From Micrococcales bacterium (lineage in GTDB: Bacteria > Actinomycetota > Actinomycetes > S36-B12 > UBA10799), in NCBI GenBank assembly GCA_016703125.1, contig JADJCR010000001.1, forward strand, positions 71,173 through 135,172: DNA of 64,000 nucleotides, given 5' to 3'. Below, piece after piece: positions 18,303 through 31,745 of the stretch; the stretch's first letter is position 1; each line of letters begins with the position of its first letter. Below the pieces are notes generated by a model. It did not search any database. It saw nothing but the letters and a program-made list of their open reading frames with translations, and was not told the origin of the DNA. Position numbers and translations under genes: made by a program.

Positions 18303-20039
18303 ATGACCATGGCCGAGCACATGACCGGCGCCGCCAGTCTGATCAAGTCGCTGGAGCATGCCGGGGTCGACACCGTATTCGGCATCCCAGGTGGTGCGAT
18401 CCTGCCTGCCTACGACCCGCTGATGGACTCCAAGCAGGTGCGCCACATCCTCGTGCGCCACGAGCAGGCCGCCGGTCACGCGGCGGAGGGCTACGCGCAG
18501 ACCTCCGGCAAGGTGGGCGTCTGCATGGCCACCTCCGGGCCGGGCGCGACCAACCTCGTCACCCCCATCGCCGATGCCTACATGGACTCGGTCCCGATCG
18601 TCGCGATCACCGGCCAGGTGCCGAGTGCCGCGATCGGCACGGACGCCTTCCAGGAAGCTGACATCTCCGGCATCACCATGCCGATCGTCAAGCACAACTA
18701 CCTCGTCACCGATCCCGCGGAGATCCCGCGCGTGATCGCCGAGGCGTTTCACCTGGCAGGCACCGGGAGGCCGGGGCCAGTCCTCGTGGACATCAGCAAG
18801 GACGCCCTGGCCTCCCGAACAACCTTCGAATGGCCCGATTCCGTCGAACTGCCCGGTTACCGGCCGAACACCGTGCCGCATGGGAAGCAGGTCAAGGAAG
18901 CGGCCAAACTCATCGCGAAGGCGAAGCGGCCGGTGCTCTACGTGGGCGGCGGCGTGGTGCGGGCAGGTGCCTCGGCGGAACTGTTCGAACTGGCGGAGAT
19001 GACCGGTATCCCGGTGGTGACCACGCTGATGGCCAGGGGCGTCTTCCCGGACAGTCACCGGCAGAACCTCGGCATGCCCGGGATGCACGGCACCGTCCCC
19101 GCGGTCGGGGCGTTGCAGAAGGCCGACCTGCTCATCGCCCTCGGCACGCGGTTCGACGACCGGGTCACCGGTCACCTGGATTCCTTCGCCCCTGAGGCCA
19201 AGATCATCCACGCCGACATCGATCCGGCCGAAATCGGCAAGAACCGCCACGCCGACGTGCCGATCGTGGGGGATGCGAAGGCCACGATCCTGGCGCTCAT
19301 CGACGCCCTGAAGCACCGCAAGGACGACATCGACATCGCGCAGTGGTGGCAGTTGATCGACGGCTGGGTCGAACGCTTCCCGCTCGGCTACGAGGAACAC
19401 CCGGATGCCCTCGAACCGCAGTACGTGCTGGAGCGCCTCGGCCAGATCGTCGGACCGGACGCGATCTATGTGGCAGGCGTCGGCCAGCACCAGATGTGGG
19501 CCTCGCAGTTCATCGGATACGAGAAGCCGGGCCACTGGCTCAACTCCGGCGGGCTGGGGACGATGGGGTACTCGGTGCCGGCTGCGATGGGGGCCAAAGT
19601 CGGGGCGCCGGACAAGGTGGTCTGGGCCGTCGACGGCGACGGCTGCTTCCAGATGACCAACCAGGAGTTGGCCACCTGCGCCATCAACAACATCCCCATC
19701 AAGGTGGCGTTGATCAACAACTCCAGCCTGGGCATGGTCCGGCAGTGGCAGACCCTGTTCTACAACGAGCGGTACTCCAACACCGATCTGCAGTCCCACC
19801 AGTTCCCGGACTTCGTGAAGCTGGCTGAGGCGTACGTGTGCTACGGCCTGCGGGCCGACAGCCGCGACCAGGTCGATGTCGTGATCGAGAAGGCCATGGC
19901 CCTCAACGACGCACCAGTGGTCATCGACTTCCAGGTCCACCGCGACGCGATGGTCTGGCCGATGGTGCCGGCCGGTACCAGCAACGACCTCATTACAACC
20001 GCGCGCGACCTCGCGCCGGCCTGGGACCGGGAGGACTGA
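18303..20039 (+). CDS. ilvB: Acetolactate synthase large subunit
   Basis: Track ORF 18219..20039. The ATG at 18303 follows gcaggaagg. ThDP-enzyme motifs are [36 protein letters not shown] and [16 protein letters not shown]...DGDGCFQM. Confidence 0.9.
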   Translation: MTMAEHMTGAASLIKSLEHAGVDTVFGIPGGAILPAYDPLMDSKQVRHILVRHEQAAGHAAEGYAQTSGKVGVCMATSGPGATNLVTPIADAYMDSVPIVAITGQVPSAAIGTDAFQEADISGITMPIVKHNYLVTDPAEIPRVIAEAFHLAGTGRPGPVLVDISKDALASRTTFEWPDSVELPGYRPNTVPHGKQVKEAAKLIAKAKRPVLYVGGGVVRAGASAELFELAEMTGIPVVTTLMARGVFPDSHRQNLGMPGMHGTVPAVGALQKADLLIALGTRFDDRVTGHLDSFAPEAKIIHADIDPAEIGKNRHADVPIVGDAKATILALIDALKHRKDDIDIAQWWQLIDGWVERFPLGYEEHPDALEPQYVLERLGQIVGPDAIYVAGVGQHQMWASQFIGYEKPGHWLNSGGLGTMGYSVPAAMGAKVGAPDKVVWAVDGDGCFQMTNQELATCAINNIPIKVALINNSSLGMVRQWQTLFYNERYSNTDLQSHQFPDFVKLAEAYVCYGLRADSRDQVDVVIEKAMALNDAPVVIDFQVHRDAMVWPMVPAGTSNDLITTARDLAPAWDRED

Positions 20040-20560
20040 TGAGCCGTCACACACTGTCCGTGCTCGTGGAGAACAAGCCGGGTGTGCTTGCGCGCATCGC
20101 CGGGCTGTTCAGCCGCCGCGGCTTCAACATCGACTCCTTGGCGGTGGGGCCCACGGAGAACCCGTCCGTGAGCCGCATGACGATCGTGGTCAGCGTCGAC
20201 AAGTTGCCGCTGGAGCAGGTGACCAAACAACTCAACAAGCTGATCAACGTCCTGAAGATCGTCGAACTCGACGACAACTCGGTGCAGCGCGAGCTCGTCC
20301 TCGTCAAGGTCAAGGCCAACAACGAGATGCGTTCCAACGTGCTCGAGATCGCCACGCTGTTCCGGGCGAAGGTGGTGGACGTGGCACCGGAGACGCTGAC
20401 CGTCGAAGCCACCGGAAGCCGCGACAAACTCGAGGCGCTGCTGCGGGTGCTGGAGCCGTACGGGATCAAGGAACTCGTTCAGTCCGGGGTGGTGGCCGTC
20501 GGCCGCGGTGGCAAGTCGATCTCCGACCGTTCCCTGCGCGCAGTGGACCGCAGCGCCTAG
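20039..20560 (+). CDS. ilvN: Acetolactate synthase small (regulatory) subunit
   Basis: [40 protein letters not shown] is the classic ACT-domain N-terminus. The ATG overlaps the ilvB TGA (tgATG). Confidence 0.9.
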   Translation: MSRHTLSVLVENKPGVLARIAGLFSRRGFNIDSLAVGPTENPSVSRMTIVVSVDKLPLEQVTKQLNKLINVLKIVELDDNSVQRELVLVKVKANNEMRSNVLEIATLFRAKVVDVAPETLTVEATGSRDKLEALLRVLEPYGIKELVQSGVVAVGRGGKSISDRSLRAVDRSA

Positions 20561-21621
20561 TGGAGAGCGCCGCCCGCCTCGCGCCGGTCCTGGGACTCGT
20601 GGTGCTCGTGGCGACCTGGGGTCGCAGTCTCTCCGGAGTGCTCGCGTTCGTCATCGGATTCGTGCTCGTGGCGGCGGTGCTGGCGGCAGTGCACCATGCG
20701 GAAGTGGTGGCGCACCGCGTCGGCGAACCGTTCGGATCGTTGGTGCTGGCGGTGGCGGTGACGGTCATCGAGGTGGCCCTCATCGTCGCGCTGATGACCA
20801 GTGGTGGCGTGAAGGCCGAGACCCTGGCCAGGGACACGGTGTTCAGCGCCATCATGATCACCACGTTGGGCATCGTGGGGGTTTCGCTGCTCGCCGCGAC
20901 CTTGCGCCGACCGATCGTGAAGTTCAACTCCGAGGGGGCCGGCGGCGCGCTGGCGACCATCGGGACGCTGGCGGTGCTCACCCTGGTGATACCCACGTTC
21001 ACCAGAAGCTCGCCCGGCCCGACGTTCACCCCCGGGCAACTGGCATTCGCCGCGGTGGCCTCGCTGTCGCTGTATCTGTTGTTCGTATTCGTGCAGACCG
21101 TGCGGCACCGGGACTACTTCCTGGACCGCAGCGGCCACGAGGACGATCACATGCCGCCGCCGGACAACCGGACCGCGGGGATCAGCGTCGGGCTGCTGCT
21201 GGTCTCCCTGGTGGCTGTCGTCGGCTTGGCGAAGACGCTGTCGCCGACGATCGAGTCCGCGGTGCTGGCAGCAGGACTGCCGCTGGCATTCGTGGGTGTC
21301 ATCATCGCGCTGGTGGTGCTGCTGCCGGAGGGCCTCGCGGCCTTGCGTGCCGCCCGCTTGGGCCGCGTGCAGACCAGCCTGAACCTGGCCTTCGGGTCGG
21401 CCATGGCCAGCATCGGCCTGACGATCCCCACGATCGCCGTGGCCCAGATCTGGCTGTCCACGAAATTGCAGTTGGGACTCGGTCCGCTGCAGATAGTGCT
21501 CCTGGCGATCGCGCTGTTCGTATCGACACTGACTGTGGTGCCGGGGCGGGCCACTCTGCAGCAGGCCGGGGTGCACCTGGCCGTGTTCGCGGCCTTCCTC
21601 GCGGTCTCGGTGGCACCATGA
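20560..21621 (+). CDS. Cation (Ca2+)/H+ antiporter, CaCA/ChaA-like membrane protein
   Basis: Track ORF with about 10-11 hydrophobic segments. The motif HHAEVVAHRVGEPFGSLVLAVAVTVIEVALIV is typical of ChaA-like ionic transporters. The GTG start shares its G with the ilvN TAG stop. Confidence 0.8.
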   Translation: MESAARLAPVLGLVVLVATWGRSLSGVLAFVIGFVLVAAVLAAVHHAEVVAHRVGEPFGSLVLAVAVTVIEVALIVALMTSGGVKAETLARDTVFSAIMITTLGIVGVSLLAATLRRPIVKFNSEGAGGALATIGTLAVLTLVIPTFTRSSPGPTFTPGQLAFAAVASLSLYLLFVFVQTVRHRDYFLDRSGHEDDHMPPPDNRTAGISVGLLLVSLVAVVGLAKTLSPTIESAVLAAGLPLAFVGVIIALVVLLPEGLAALRAARLGRVQTSLNLAFGSAMASIGLTIPTIAVAQIWLSTKLQLGLGPLQIVLLAIALFVSTLTVVPGRATLQQAGVHLAVFAAFLAVSVAP

Positions 21622-21645
21622 CGCCTGCGACGATCCCCCACCTGA

Positions 21646-23311
<1,666 letters not shown>

Positions 23312-23315
<4 letters not shown>

Positions 23316-24128
23316 TCGAGGCGCTCACGCCGATCGTCGGCCGGCATCAGGCGACCCCGCTTGCGGGCGGTGACATCTGCCGTGCCTTCCGCGTCCAGGC
23401 CCGGGGCCGGGTCTTCTTCGCCAAGACCCCGCGGCGACCCGACCCGCACCTGTTGGTGGTGGAGGCGCAGGGTCTGCAGCGGATAGGCAGCGCGGTACCG
23501 GGACTCACCCCGCAGGTGGTGCGCAGATCCGCAGTGGCTGGTCCTGGAGTGGGTCGAGGCGGGCCGGCCGACACGGAGTGCGGCGCGTGACCTCGGCCGC
23601 CGACTGGCCGCCCTGCACCGGTGTTCGCCCGGCCACTTCGGCGACGGCCCGGAGCATGGTCGGATCGGCTCGGTGGCCATGCCGGCCGGGCGATTCGACT
23701 CGTGGCCGCAGATGTACGCCGAACTCCGGTTGCGCCCGCTGCTCACGACGGACCTGCCGGCGTGCGCGGAACTGGTGGAGGTGTTGTCCGACGCGCCTCA
23801 GTGGGCCGGTTCGCCGGAGCCCGCGAGTCTGCTGCACGGCGATCTGTGGGCCGGCAACCTCATCTGGTGCGATGAGCCCCGGCTGGTCGATCCGGCATGC
23901 CACGTGGGGCACCGGGAGACCGATCTGGCCATGCTGGCACTGTTCGGCGCGCCGCACCTCGACGAGCTGTTGCAGACGTACGACGCGGCGTTCCCGCTGG
24001 GGGCCGGCTGGCGTGACCGGATCGGGTTGCACCAGCTCTGGCCGCTGCTGGTGCACCACCGCCTCTTCGGCGCAGGGTACGGCGCCCGTGCCGAGGCCAT
24101 CGCCACGGGCTATCTCCGGGCGGTGTGA
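23312..24128 (+). pseudogene. Fructosamine/ketosamine kinase-family protein, frameshifted near 23521-23528
   Basis: The GTG at 23312 overlaps the upstream stop (GTGA). The N-terminal part (VIEALTPIVGRHQATPLAGGDICRAFRV...) is in one frame. From ADPQWLVLEWVEAGRP... to ...LLHGDLWAGNLIW...HRETDLAML the sequence is in the +1 frame and ends at track ORF 23673..24128. Confidence 0.8.
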
Positions 24129-24150
24129 ACCCCATCCGTACCATCGAAGG

Positions 24151-25737
24151 GTGAGCAAACCCATCGTCCTGATCGCCGAAGAACTCTCACCCGCCACCGT
24201 CGACGCACTGGGTCCGGACTTCGAGATCCGCCGCACGGACGGGGCCGATCGCCAGGCTCTGCTGCGGGACATCGTGGACGTGGACGCCATCCTCGTGCGA
24301 TCCGCGACCCAGGTCGACGCCGAGGCGCTGGCCGCGGCGAAGAAGCTCAAGGTCGTCGCGCGCGCCGGCGTGGGGCTCGACAACGTCGACGTGGACGCCG
24401 CCACCCAGGCCGGCGTGATGGTCGTCAACGCCCCGACCTCCAACATCGTCAGCGCCGCTGAACTCGCAGTGGCGCTGCTGCTGGCCAGCGCCCGCAACAT
24501 CTCCCCGGCCCACGCTGCGCTGAGGCAGGGGGAGTGGAAGCGCTCGAAGTACACCGGGGTCGAGTTGGCTGACAAGACGGTCGGGGTGGTGGGCCTGGGC
24601 CGCATCGGTCTGCTGGTGGCTCAACGTCTCAGCGCCTTCGGGGTACGGCTGGTCGCCTACGACCCCTACGTGCAGCCCGCCCGTGCCGCCCAACTGGGCG
24701 TGAAGCTGCTGTCGCTGGAGGAGTTGCTCGAGCAGTCCGATTTCATCACCGTGCACCTGCCGAAGACCAAGGAGACGGTCGGGCTCATCGACGCCGGCGC
24801 CTTGAAGCTCGTCAAGCCGAGCGTCCACATCATCAATGCCGCGCGCGGCGGGATTGTCGACGAACAGGCCCTGTTCGACGCGCTGGCGGAGGGCCGGGTC
24901 GCCGGAGCTGGCGTGGACGTCTACGGCAAGGAGCCGTGCACCGACTCCCCACTCTTCGCCCTGGACAACGTCGTGGCGACCCCGCACCTGGGGGCCTCCA
25001 CCGACGAGGCGCAGGAGAAGGCCGGGATCGCAGTGGCGAAATCGGTACGACAGGCCCTCGGCGGTGAACTGGTGCCCGACGCCGTCAACGTCCGTGGCGG
25101 GGTGATCGCCGAGGAGGTCCGCCCGTTCATCGAGCTGGCCGAGCACCTCGGGCGCATCGCCACCTCCATGGCCCCCTCGGCGGTCGCGCAAGTCACCGTG
25201 GAGGCGCTCGGGGAGATCAGTGCCTTCGACGTGAGCGTGCTGGAACTGTCCACGCTCAAGGGCATGTTCTCGGTCCTCATCGACGACCCGGTGTCCTACG
25301 TCAACGCGCCGGTCCTCGCCCGCGACCGGGGTGTGGTGACGGCGCTGGTCACCGAGGGTGACTCCCCGGACCACCGGTCAGTGGTGCGGGTGCGGATGGC
25401 ATGCGCCGACGGGCAGTCGATGGTCGTCGCGGGAACCGTGTTCGGGGTCCGCGACAGCGAGAAGCTCGTCGAGGTCAACGGCCTCGACCTCGACCTCCCG
25501 ATCAGCGAGCACATGCTGGTGTTCCGTTACGAGGACAAGCCCGGCGTCGTCGGGATCGTCGGGCAGCTGCTGGGTGATGCCGGAGTCAACATCGCCAACA
25601 TGCAGGTGGGCCGGGATGCCGCCGGCGGTCTGGCACTCGTCGCCTTGACGGTGGACAGCGCGGTCGATCCGCAGACGGTCGCGGCGATCGCGGCTCGCAT
25701 CGGTGCGGACTCCGGCGCAGCAGTCGACCTGGTGTAG
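24151..25737 (+). CDS. serA: D-3-phosphoglycerate dehydrogenase (long type with ASB and ACT domains)
   Basis: The GTG at 24151 follows gaagg. The product reads MSKPIVLIAEEL...GVVGLGRIGLLVAQR...ATPHLGAST... and has a C-terminal ACT-like stretch LVFRYEDKPGVVGIVGQLLGDAGVNIANMQV. Confidence 0.9.
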   Translation: MSKPIVLIAEELSPATVDALGPDFEIRRTDGADRQALLRDIVDVDAILVRSATQVDAEALAAAKKLKVVARAGVGLDNVDVDAATQAGVMVVNAPTSNIVSAAELAVALLLASARNISPAHAALRQGEWKRSKYTGVELADKTVGVVGLGRIGLLVAQRLSAFGVRLVAYDPYVQPARAAQLGVKLLSLEELLEQSDFITVHLPKTKETVGLIDAGALKLVKPSVHIINAARGGIVDEQALFDALAEGRVAGAGVDVYGKEPCTDSPLFALDNVVATPHLGASTDEAQEKAGIAVAKSVRQALGGELVPDAVNVRGGVIAEEVRPFIELAEHLGRIATSMAPSAVAQVTVEALGEISAFDVSVLELSTLKGMFSVLIDDPVSYVNAPVLARDRGVVTALVTEGDSPDHRSVVRVRMACADGQSMVVAGTVFGVRDSEKLVEVNGLDLDLPISEHMLVFRYEDKPGVVGIVGQLLGDAGVNIANMQVGRDAAGGLALVALTVDSAVDPQTVAAIAARIGADSGAAVDLV

Positions 25738-25747
25738 CGCGCCAGCA

Positions 25748-25764
25748 TCCCCCTGCACGGGGGA
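25748..25764 (+). terminator. Possible stem-loop terminator after serA (no U-tract)
   Basis: tccccc-tgcac-ggggga forms a 6-bp GC stem 11 nt after the serA stop. It lacks a T-run, so it is only weakly supported. Confidence 0.25.
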
Positions 25765-25821
25765 GCGCGTTGCGCCGTCCCGCAGATAGTCTGACAGCGC
25801 CGCCGACCCCTGGGACTAGCG

Positions 25822-27213
25822 ATGCTGCACAGTGAAGATCTCGATCAGATCAAGCGCCTCTACCTGTCGCCGTTGTTCGCCCGGTACGCGGAGCAGACAG
25901 CAATCGTCGCGCACCGACTGGAGGAGGATGGCCGGGATCCGCGGGTCGCGTATCAACTCATCCACGACGAGTTGATGCTCGACGGGAATGCCCGGCAGAA
26001 CCTCGCGACGTTCGTGACCACGCTGATGGACGACGAGGCGGACAGGCTCTTCGCCGAGACCTACGACAAGAACATGATCGACAAGGACGAGTATCCGCAG
26101 ACCGCGGCGATGGAGGCGCGGTGCGTGAGCATCATCGCCAACCTGTGGAACTCACCGGAGCACGACACCGCGATCGGGACGTCCACCATCGGCTCCAGCG
26201 AGGCGGTCATGCTCGCCGGGCTGGCGCTCAAGCGGCGGTGGCAGCAGAAGCAGAAGGAGGCCGGCAAACCCACGGACCGCCCGAACATGGTCATGGGCCA
26301 GAACGTGCAGGTCGTCTGGGAGAAGTTCTGCCGCTACTGGGACGTCGAGCCCCGCTACGCGCCGCTGGCCGAGGGCAGGCTGCACCTGACGGCCGAGGAG
26401 GCGGTCAGACTCGTCGATGAGAACACCATCGGGGTGGTCGCCATCCTCGGCTCCACCTTCGACGGGTCCTATGAGCCGGTCATCGACATCGCGCAGGCCC
26501 TCGACGCCGTCCAGCAGGACAAGGGCTGGGACATCCCTGTGCATGTGGACGCCGCGTCCGGCGGCTTCGTGGCGCCGTTCATCGACCCGGACCTGGAGTG
26601 GGACTTCCGGGTACCTCGGGTGCACTCCATCAACTCCTCGGGCCACAAGTACGGCCTGGTCTACCCGGGTGTGGGGTGGGTCGTGTGGCGGACTCACGAG
26701 TGTGTTCCCGAGGACCTGATCTTCCACGTGAACTACCTCGGCGGCGACATGCCCACCTTCACGCTGAACTTCTCGCGGCCGGGCAGCCAGATCATCCTGC
26801 AGTACTACCGCTTCCTCCGACTCGGTTTCGAGGGGTACCGGGCGATTCAGCAGGCCTGCCGCAACACCGCGATGTACATGGCCGCCGAGATCGCTGAGAT
26901 GGGGCCCTACGAGTTGGCCACCGACGGCTCGGAACTGCCGGTCTTCTTCTTCACGCTCAAGGCGGACCGGAAGAACTACACGGTCTTCGACGTCTCGGCG
27001 AAGTTGCGTGAGCGCGGCTGGCAGGTCCCGGCTTACACGCTGCCGCCGGACCTCACGGACGTTGCAGGCCTGCGCATCGTGGTCCGCAACGGCTTCGGCA
27101 GGGACTTGGCCGATCTGCTGCTGGCGGATCTGGCGCACGCCACGGAGTTTTTCGAGAACCTCGACGGTCCGATGCCGGACGACCCCGACCACGCGGCGGG
27201 CTTCTCCCACTAA
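25822..27213 (+). CDS. Glutamate decarboxylase (PLP-dependent)
   Basis: Track ORF. Motifs are NARQNLATFVTT...DKDEYPQTAAMEARCV and the PLP-lysine motif SINSSGHKYGLVYPGVGW. Confidence 0.9.
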   Translation: MLHSEDLDQIKRLYLSPLFARYAEQTAIVAHRLEEDGRDPRVAYQLIHDELMLDGNARQNLATFVTTLMDDEADRLFAETYDKNMIDKDEYPQTAAMEARCVSIIANLWNSPEHDTAIGTSTIGSSEAVMLAGLALKRRWQQKQKEAGKPTDRPNMVMGQNVQVVWEKFCRYWDVEPRYAPLAEGRLHLTAEEAVRLVDENTIGVVAILGSTFDGSYEPVIDIAQALDAVQQDKGWDIPVHVDAASGGFVAPFIDPDLEWDFRVPRVHSINSSGHKYGLVYPGVGWVVWRTHECVPEDLIFHVNYLGGDMPTFTLNFSRPGSQIILQYYRFLRLGFEGYRAIQQACRNTAMYMAAEIAEMGPYELATDGSELPVFFFTLKADRKNYTVFDVSAKLRERGWQVPAYTLPPDLTDVAGLRIVVRNGFGRDLADLLLADLAHATEFFENLDGPMPDDPDHAAGFSH

Positions 27214-27998
27214 GTTCGTTCCTCGAGGACCTCCATGGTGTGGTCGTACAGGTCGGCCGCCAGTGTGGTGTCGCGGGCGCGCCCCTGCACTGCCGCGGGC
27301 TTGGACCGCACGAAGTACTGCCCGGTCACGTCGGCGGGCGCGTCCACGGCCAGGTACACCGACGTCGCGCACCCCTGGTCGAGGTCGTCGCGACCGTCGA
27401 CCCGGAATCCCTCCGTGAGGAGTTTGGTGCCGATCACCCCGGGGTGCAGAGCATTGACGCTCACGGTGGCGCCAGGTCCGAGCCGGCGTGCGGTCTCCTG
27501 AGCCATGAGCAGGTTCGCGAGTTTGCTCTGGGCGTAGGCCGCGTAGTGGTCGTAGGGCCGATGTGCGAACTCCGGGTCCTCGAGGTCGAGGTCGGCCCGG
27601 CCGTGGGCGATGGACGACACGTAGACGACCCGCCCGCCCCCCGGCATGGTTGGGATCAGCGAGTCCGCCAGCAGGCTGGCCGCGAGGTGGTTGACCACCC
27701 AGGTCGCCTCGCCGGACGGCGCCAGCACCCGGTCGCGGGCATAGATCCCGGCGTTGTTGATGAGCACATCCGGGTGCAGTTCTGCGGCTTCGTCGGCCAG
27801 GCGCTGCACCTGGTGCAGATCCCCGAGGTCGGCGACCAGCCCGGCGACAGCCCCCACATCTGCCTGGGTCGCCTCGACCCTGTCGGGGTCGCGGCCGTGC
27901 ACGATGACCTCGCAGCCGCGGGCGCGCAGGGTCTGGGCCGTGCGCAGGCCGATGCCGTCAGTGGATCCGGTGATGAGAACGGTCGTCATGGTGCCCAT
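27210..27998 (-). CDS. SDR-family oxidoreductase
   Basis: VLITGSTDGIGLRTA (TGxxxGxG), NNAG and YAQSKLAN (YxxxK). The start is ATG 27998 or 27989. Confidence 0.8.
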   Translation of the reverse strand: MGTMTTVLITGSTDGIGLRTAQTLRARGCEVIVHGRDPDRVEATQADVGAVAGLVADLGDLHQVQRLADEAAELHPDVLINNAGIYARDRVLAPSGEATWVVNHLAASLLADSLIPTMPGGGRVVYVSSIAHGRADLDLEDPEFAHRPYDHYAAYAQSKLANLLMAQETARRLGPGATVSVNALHPGVIGTKLLTEGFRVDGRDDLDQGCATSVYLAVDAPADVTGQYFVRSKPAAVQGRARDTTLAADLYDHTMEVLEERT

Positions 27999-28034
27999 CC
28001 TGCGATGGGCTTCGGGGGTGCGCCACCGCACAGT

Positions 28035-28196
28035 TCAGTCGGATTTGCCGAAGCCGGCGTTCATCCCGAGCACCGCCCCGATGGCGGCCATCAGCCCGAT
28101 CCACAGGGTGCTGCCGGTGAGGAACCAAATGACCAAGCCGACGGCGACGCCGCCGGCAATGCCCAGAGCCAGACCGCGCCCGTCGAAGGTGTTCAT
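28035..28196 (-). CDS. Possible small (53 aa) two-helix membrane protein
   Basis: I translated this by hand, as it falls below the track length cut-off. It reads MNTFDGRGLALGIAGGVAVGLVIWFLTGSTLWIGLMAAIGAVLGMNAGFGKSD* and fills the gap between the SDR and S8 genes on the same strand. Confidence 0.3.
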   Translation of the reverse strand: MNTFDGRGLALGIAGGVAVGLVIWFLTGSTLWIGLMAAIGAVLGMNAGFGKSD

Positions 28197-28217
28197 GACG
28201 GCCAAGGCTAGCGGAGG

Positions 28218-29814
28218 TCAGGAGACGCCGGCACGGGTCCGGAAGGTCGGCGAGATCCAGATCGGGGCGTTCTTGGAGGTCCCGCTGCGAACAGCCAGGA
28301 TCCGGACCTTCATGCCCGGTGTCGACGTGCGGACCCGGTACCAGACCCGGCCCTCGTGTTTGCCCTTGAACTTGACGGGATCCGACCACGACTTCTGGCG
28401 CAACTGCTCCCACGCGACGATGAACTGGCCGGTGGCGGGGATCTTGTAACGGACGTAGCCGTCCTGGATGTCCAGGCGGATCCGGCGCACCTTACGAGTG
28501 GTGATCTCAGCGGGCTTGATGCTGGGCAGCGTCGCCCCGCTCGCGGACAGGCTGGTGATCGTGTCCAGCGCCGCGACCGGGTTCACCACGCCGAAGCCAT
28601 ACTCGTCGTCACGACCCGGGTCGCCCAGGTCCGTGGCCGTGCCCAGCAGCAGGTCCTCAGTGTCCAGGTTCAGGCCCAGGGTGCGTTCCCTCGACAGCGC
28701 GAGTGCGACGGTCGCGGTGACGAACGGGGTGGCCATCGAGGTCCCCGGCATGCGCACGTACGTGCCACCGCTGTAGGTGCTGAAGATGCCACGCGCGGAG
28801 TCGAAACTCCCGCTGCCACCCGGGGCCATGATGTCGACCTGTTTGCCCACCTCGGAGAACGAGGAGCGCTTCATCGCGCGGGTGACGGCCCCACCCCAGC
28901 ACACCGGGGAAGGCCGCCGGGTACTGCACGGGGTTGTACAGCGAACCACCGGAGTCCAGGTAGGCGTTGCCCACAGCGGCCACGGTGATCACGCCCTTGG
29001 ACTGGGCGTACTGGATCGCCTTCTGTTCCACGGAACTCGCCGAACCCGAGTAGCTCATGTTGAGCACGTCGGCACCGTGGTCGACCGCCCACACGATGCC
29101 CTGTGCGGAGTCACCGGCTCGCACCGACCCGCCGGCATCGGCCACCACGACGGGCATGAGCGACACCCCGGGCGCCAGTCCGACCCCGCCGATGGCGTTG
29201 TTCGCAGTCATGGCGATGATCCCAGCGACGTGTGTGCCGTGCCCGTTCGCGTCGGCCCGGCCGTCGGTGCCGTCCACGAAGTCCTTGCCGCGGACGAACA
29301 GCCCGGCGAGGTCGGGGTGCCGGGCCACCCCGGAGTCGATCACCGCCACCGTGACCCCGGCGCCGGTCGACGACGCCCACGCGGTCTCGGCCCCCAACGT
29401 GTCCAGCGCCCACTGCTCGCCGCGGGCCGGATCCGCCCCGGTCAGCGCGCGGGGTGGCATACCGGTCAGCCGGTGGGTGGCCACGTCGACTTCGACAGCG
29501 ATCACCGCCGGGTCTGCTTGGACCTCCGCGATGGTCTGGGCGGCCGCGCTCTCCGACGGTGCCCGCTGCGTCTCGATGCGCAGTGAGTCGCCGTCCTGGA
29601 CCGCGTACACGACGGTCATGGCGCCGGAGTCCCCGGATTCCTCGACCAGGTGTTGCGGATCCGTACTCACAGTCGGGGCAGGCTCGGTCCACTGCACGGA
29701 GACCGGCGTGGGCTCGGCGGATGGGACGACGACATCCTCGGCGGCCACCGGGGTCGTCCCCAGGGCCAGCGCCACACTCAGCGCGACCGGGGCCGCGACG
29801 ATTCTCCACCTCAC
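28218..29814 (-). pseudogene. S8-family serine peptidase with a C-terminal beta-rich domain, frameshifted near 28888-28898
   Basis: Triad contexts are VAVIDSGV, ANGHGTHVAGII and, in the second ORF, MPGTSMATPFVTATVAL. Track ORF 28657..29982 turns to junk after ...NPVQYPAAFPGVL. The sequence continues in the +1 frame (...GGAVTRAMKRSSFSEVGKQVDIMAPGG...) in ORF 28218..28949. The break is at GGGGTGGGG. I placed the start at the GTG at 29814, which gives a signal-like VRWRIVAAPVALSVALALG. Confidence 0.8.
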
Positions 29815-29873
29815 CTGTCCACGGTACGCCGAGGATGCGACATTCCCGCGACGAACCTGCCGCAGGTGCCGGA

Positions 29874-31622
<1,749 letters not shown>

Positions 31623-31651
31623 TCAGGGCTCCGCGACGAGGGGGCCGGTGA

Positions 31652-31693
31652 TCAGGCCTCGCCGCGGCGGCTAAGCAGGAGCCCGCGCAACAC
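31652..31693 (-). promoter_or_regulatory. Putative leuA leader peptide ORF (M/V-LRGLLLSRRGEA*)
   Basis: The minus strand reads gtg ttg cgc ggg ctc ctg ctt agc cgc cgc ggc gag gcc tga. That gives four Leu codons in the first seven, 68 nt upstream of the leuA ATG. A ggttgc/gcaacc hairpin (31594-31616) abuts the leuA SD. Confidence 0.4.
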
Positions 31694-31745
31694 CCCTGCA
31701 GGCTACCACGGCACGGGTGGGGGTACGTGAGGCCGACGCGGGACA

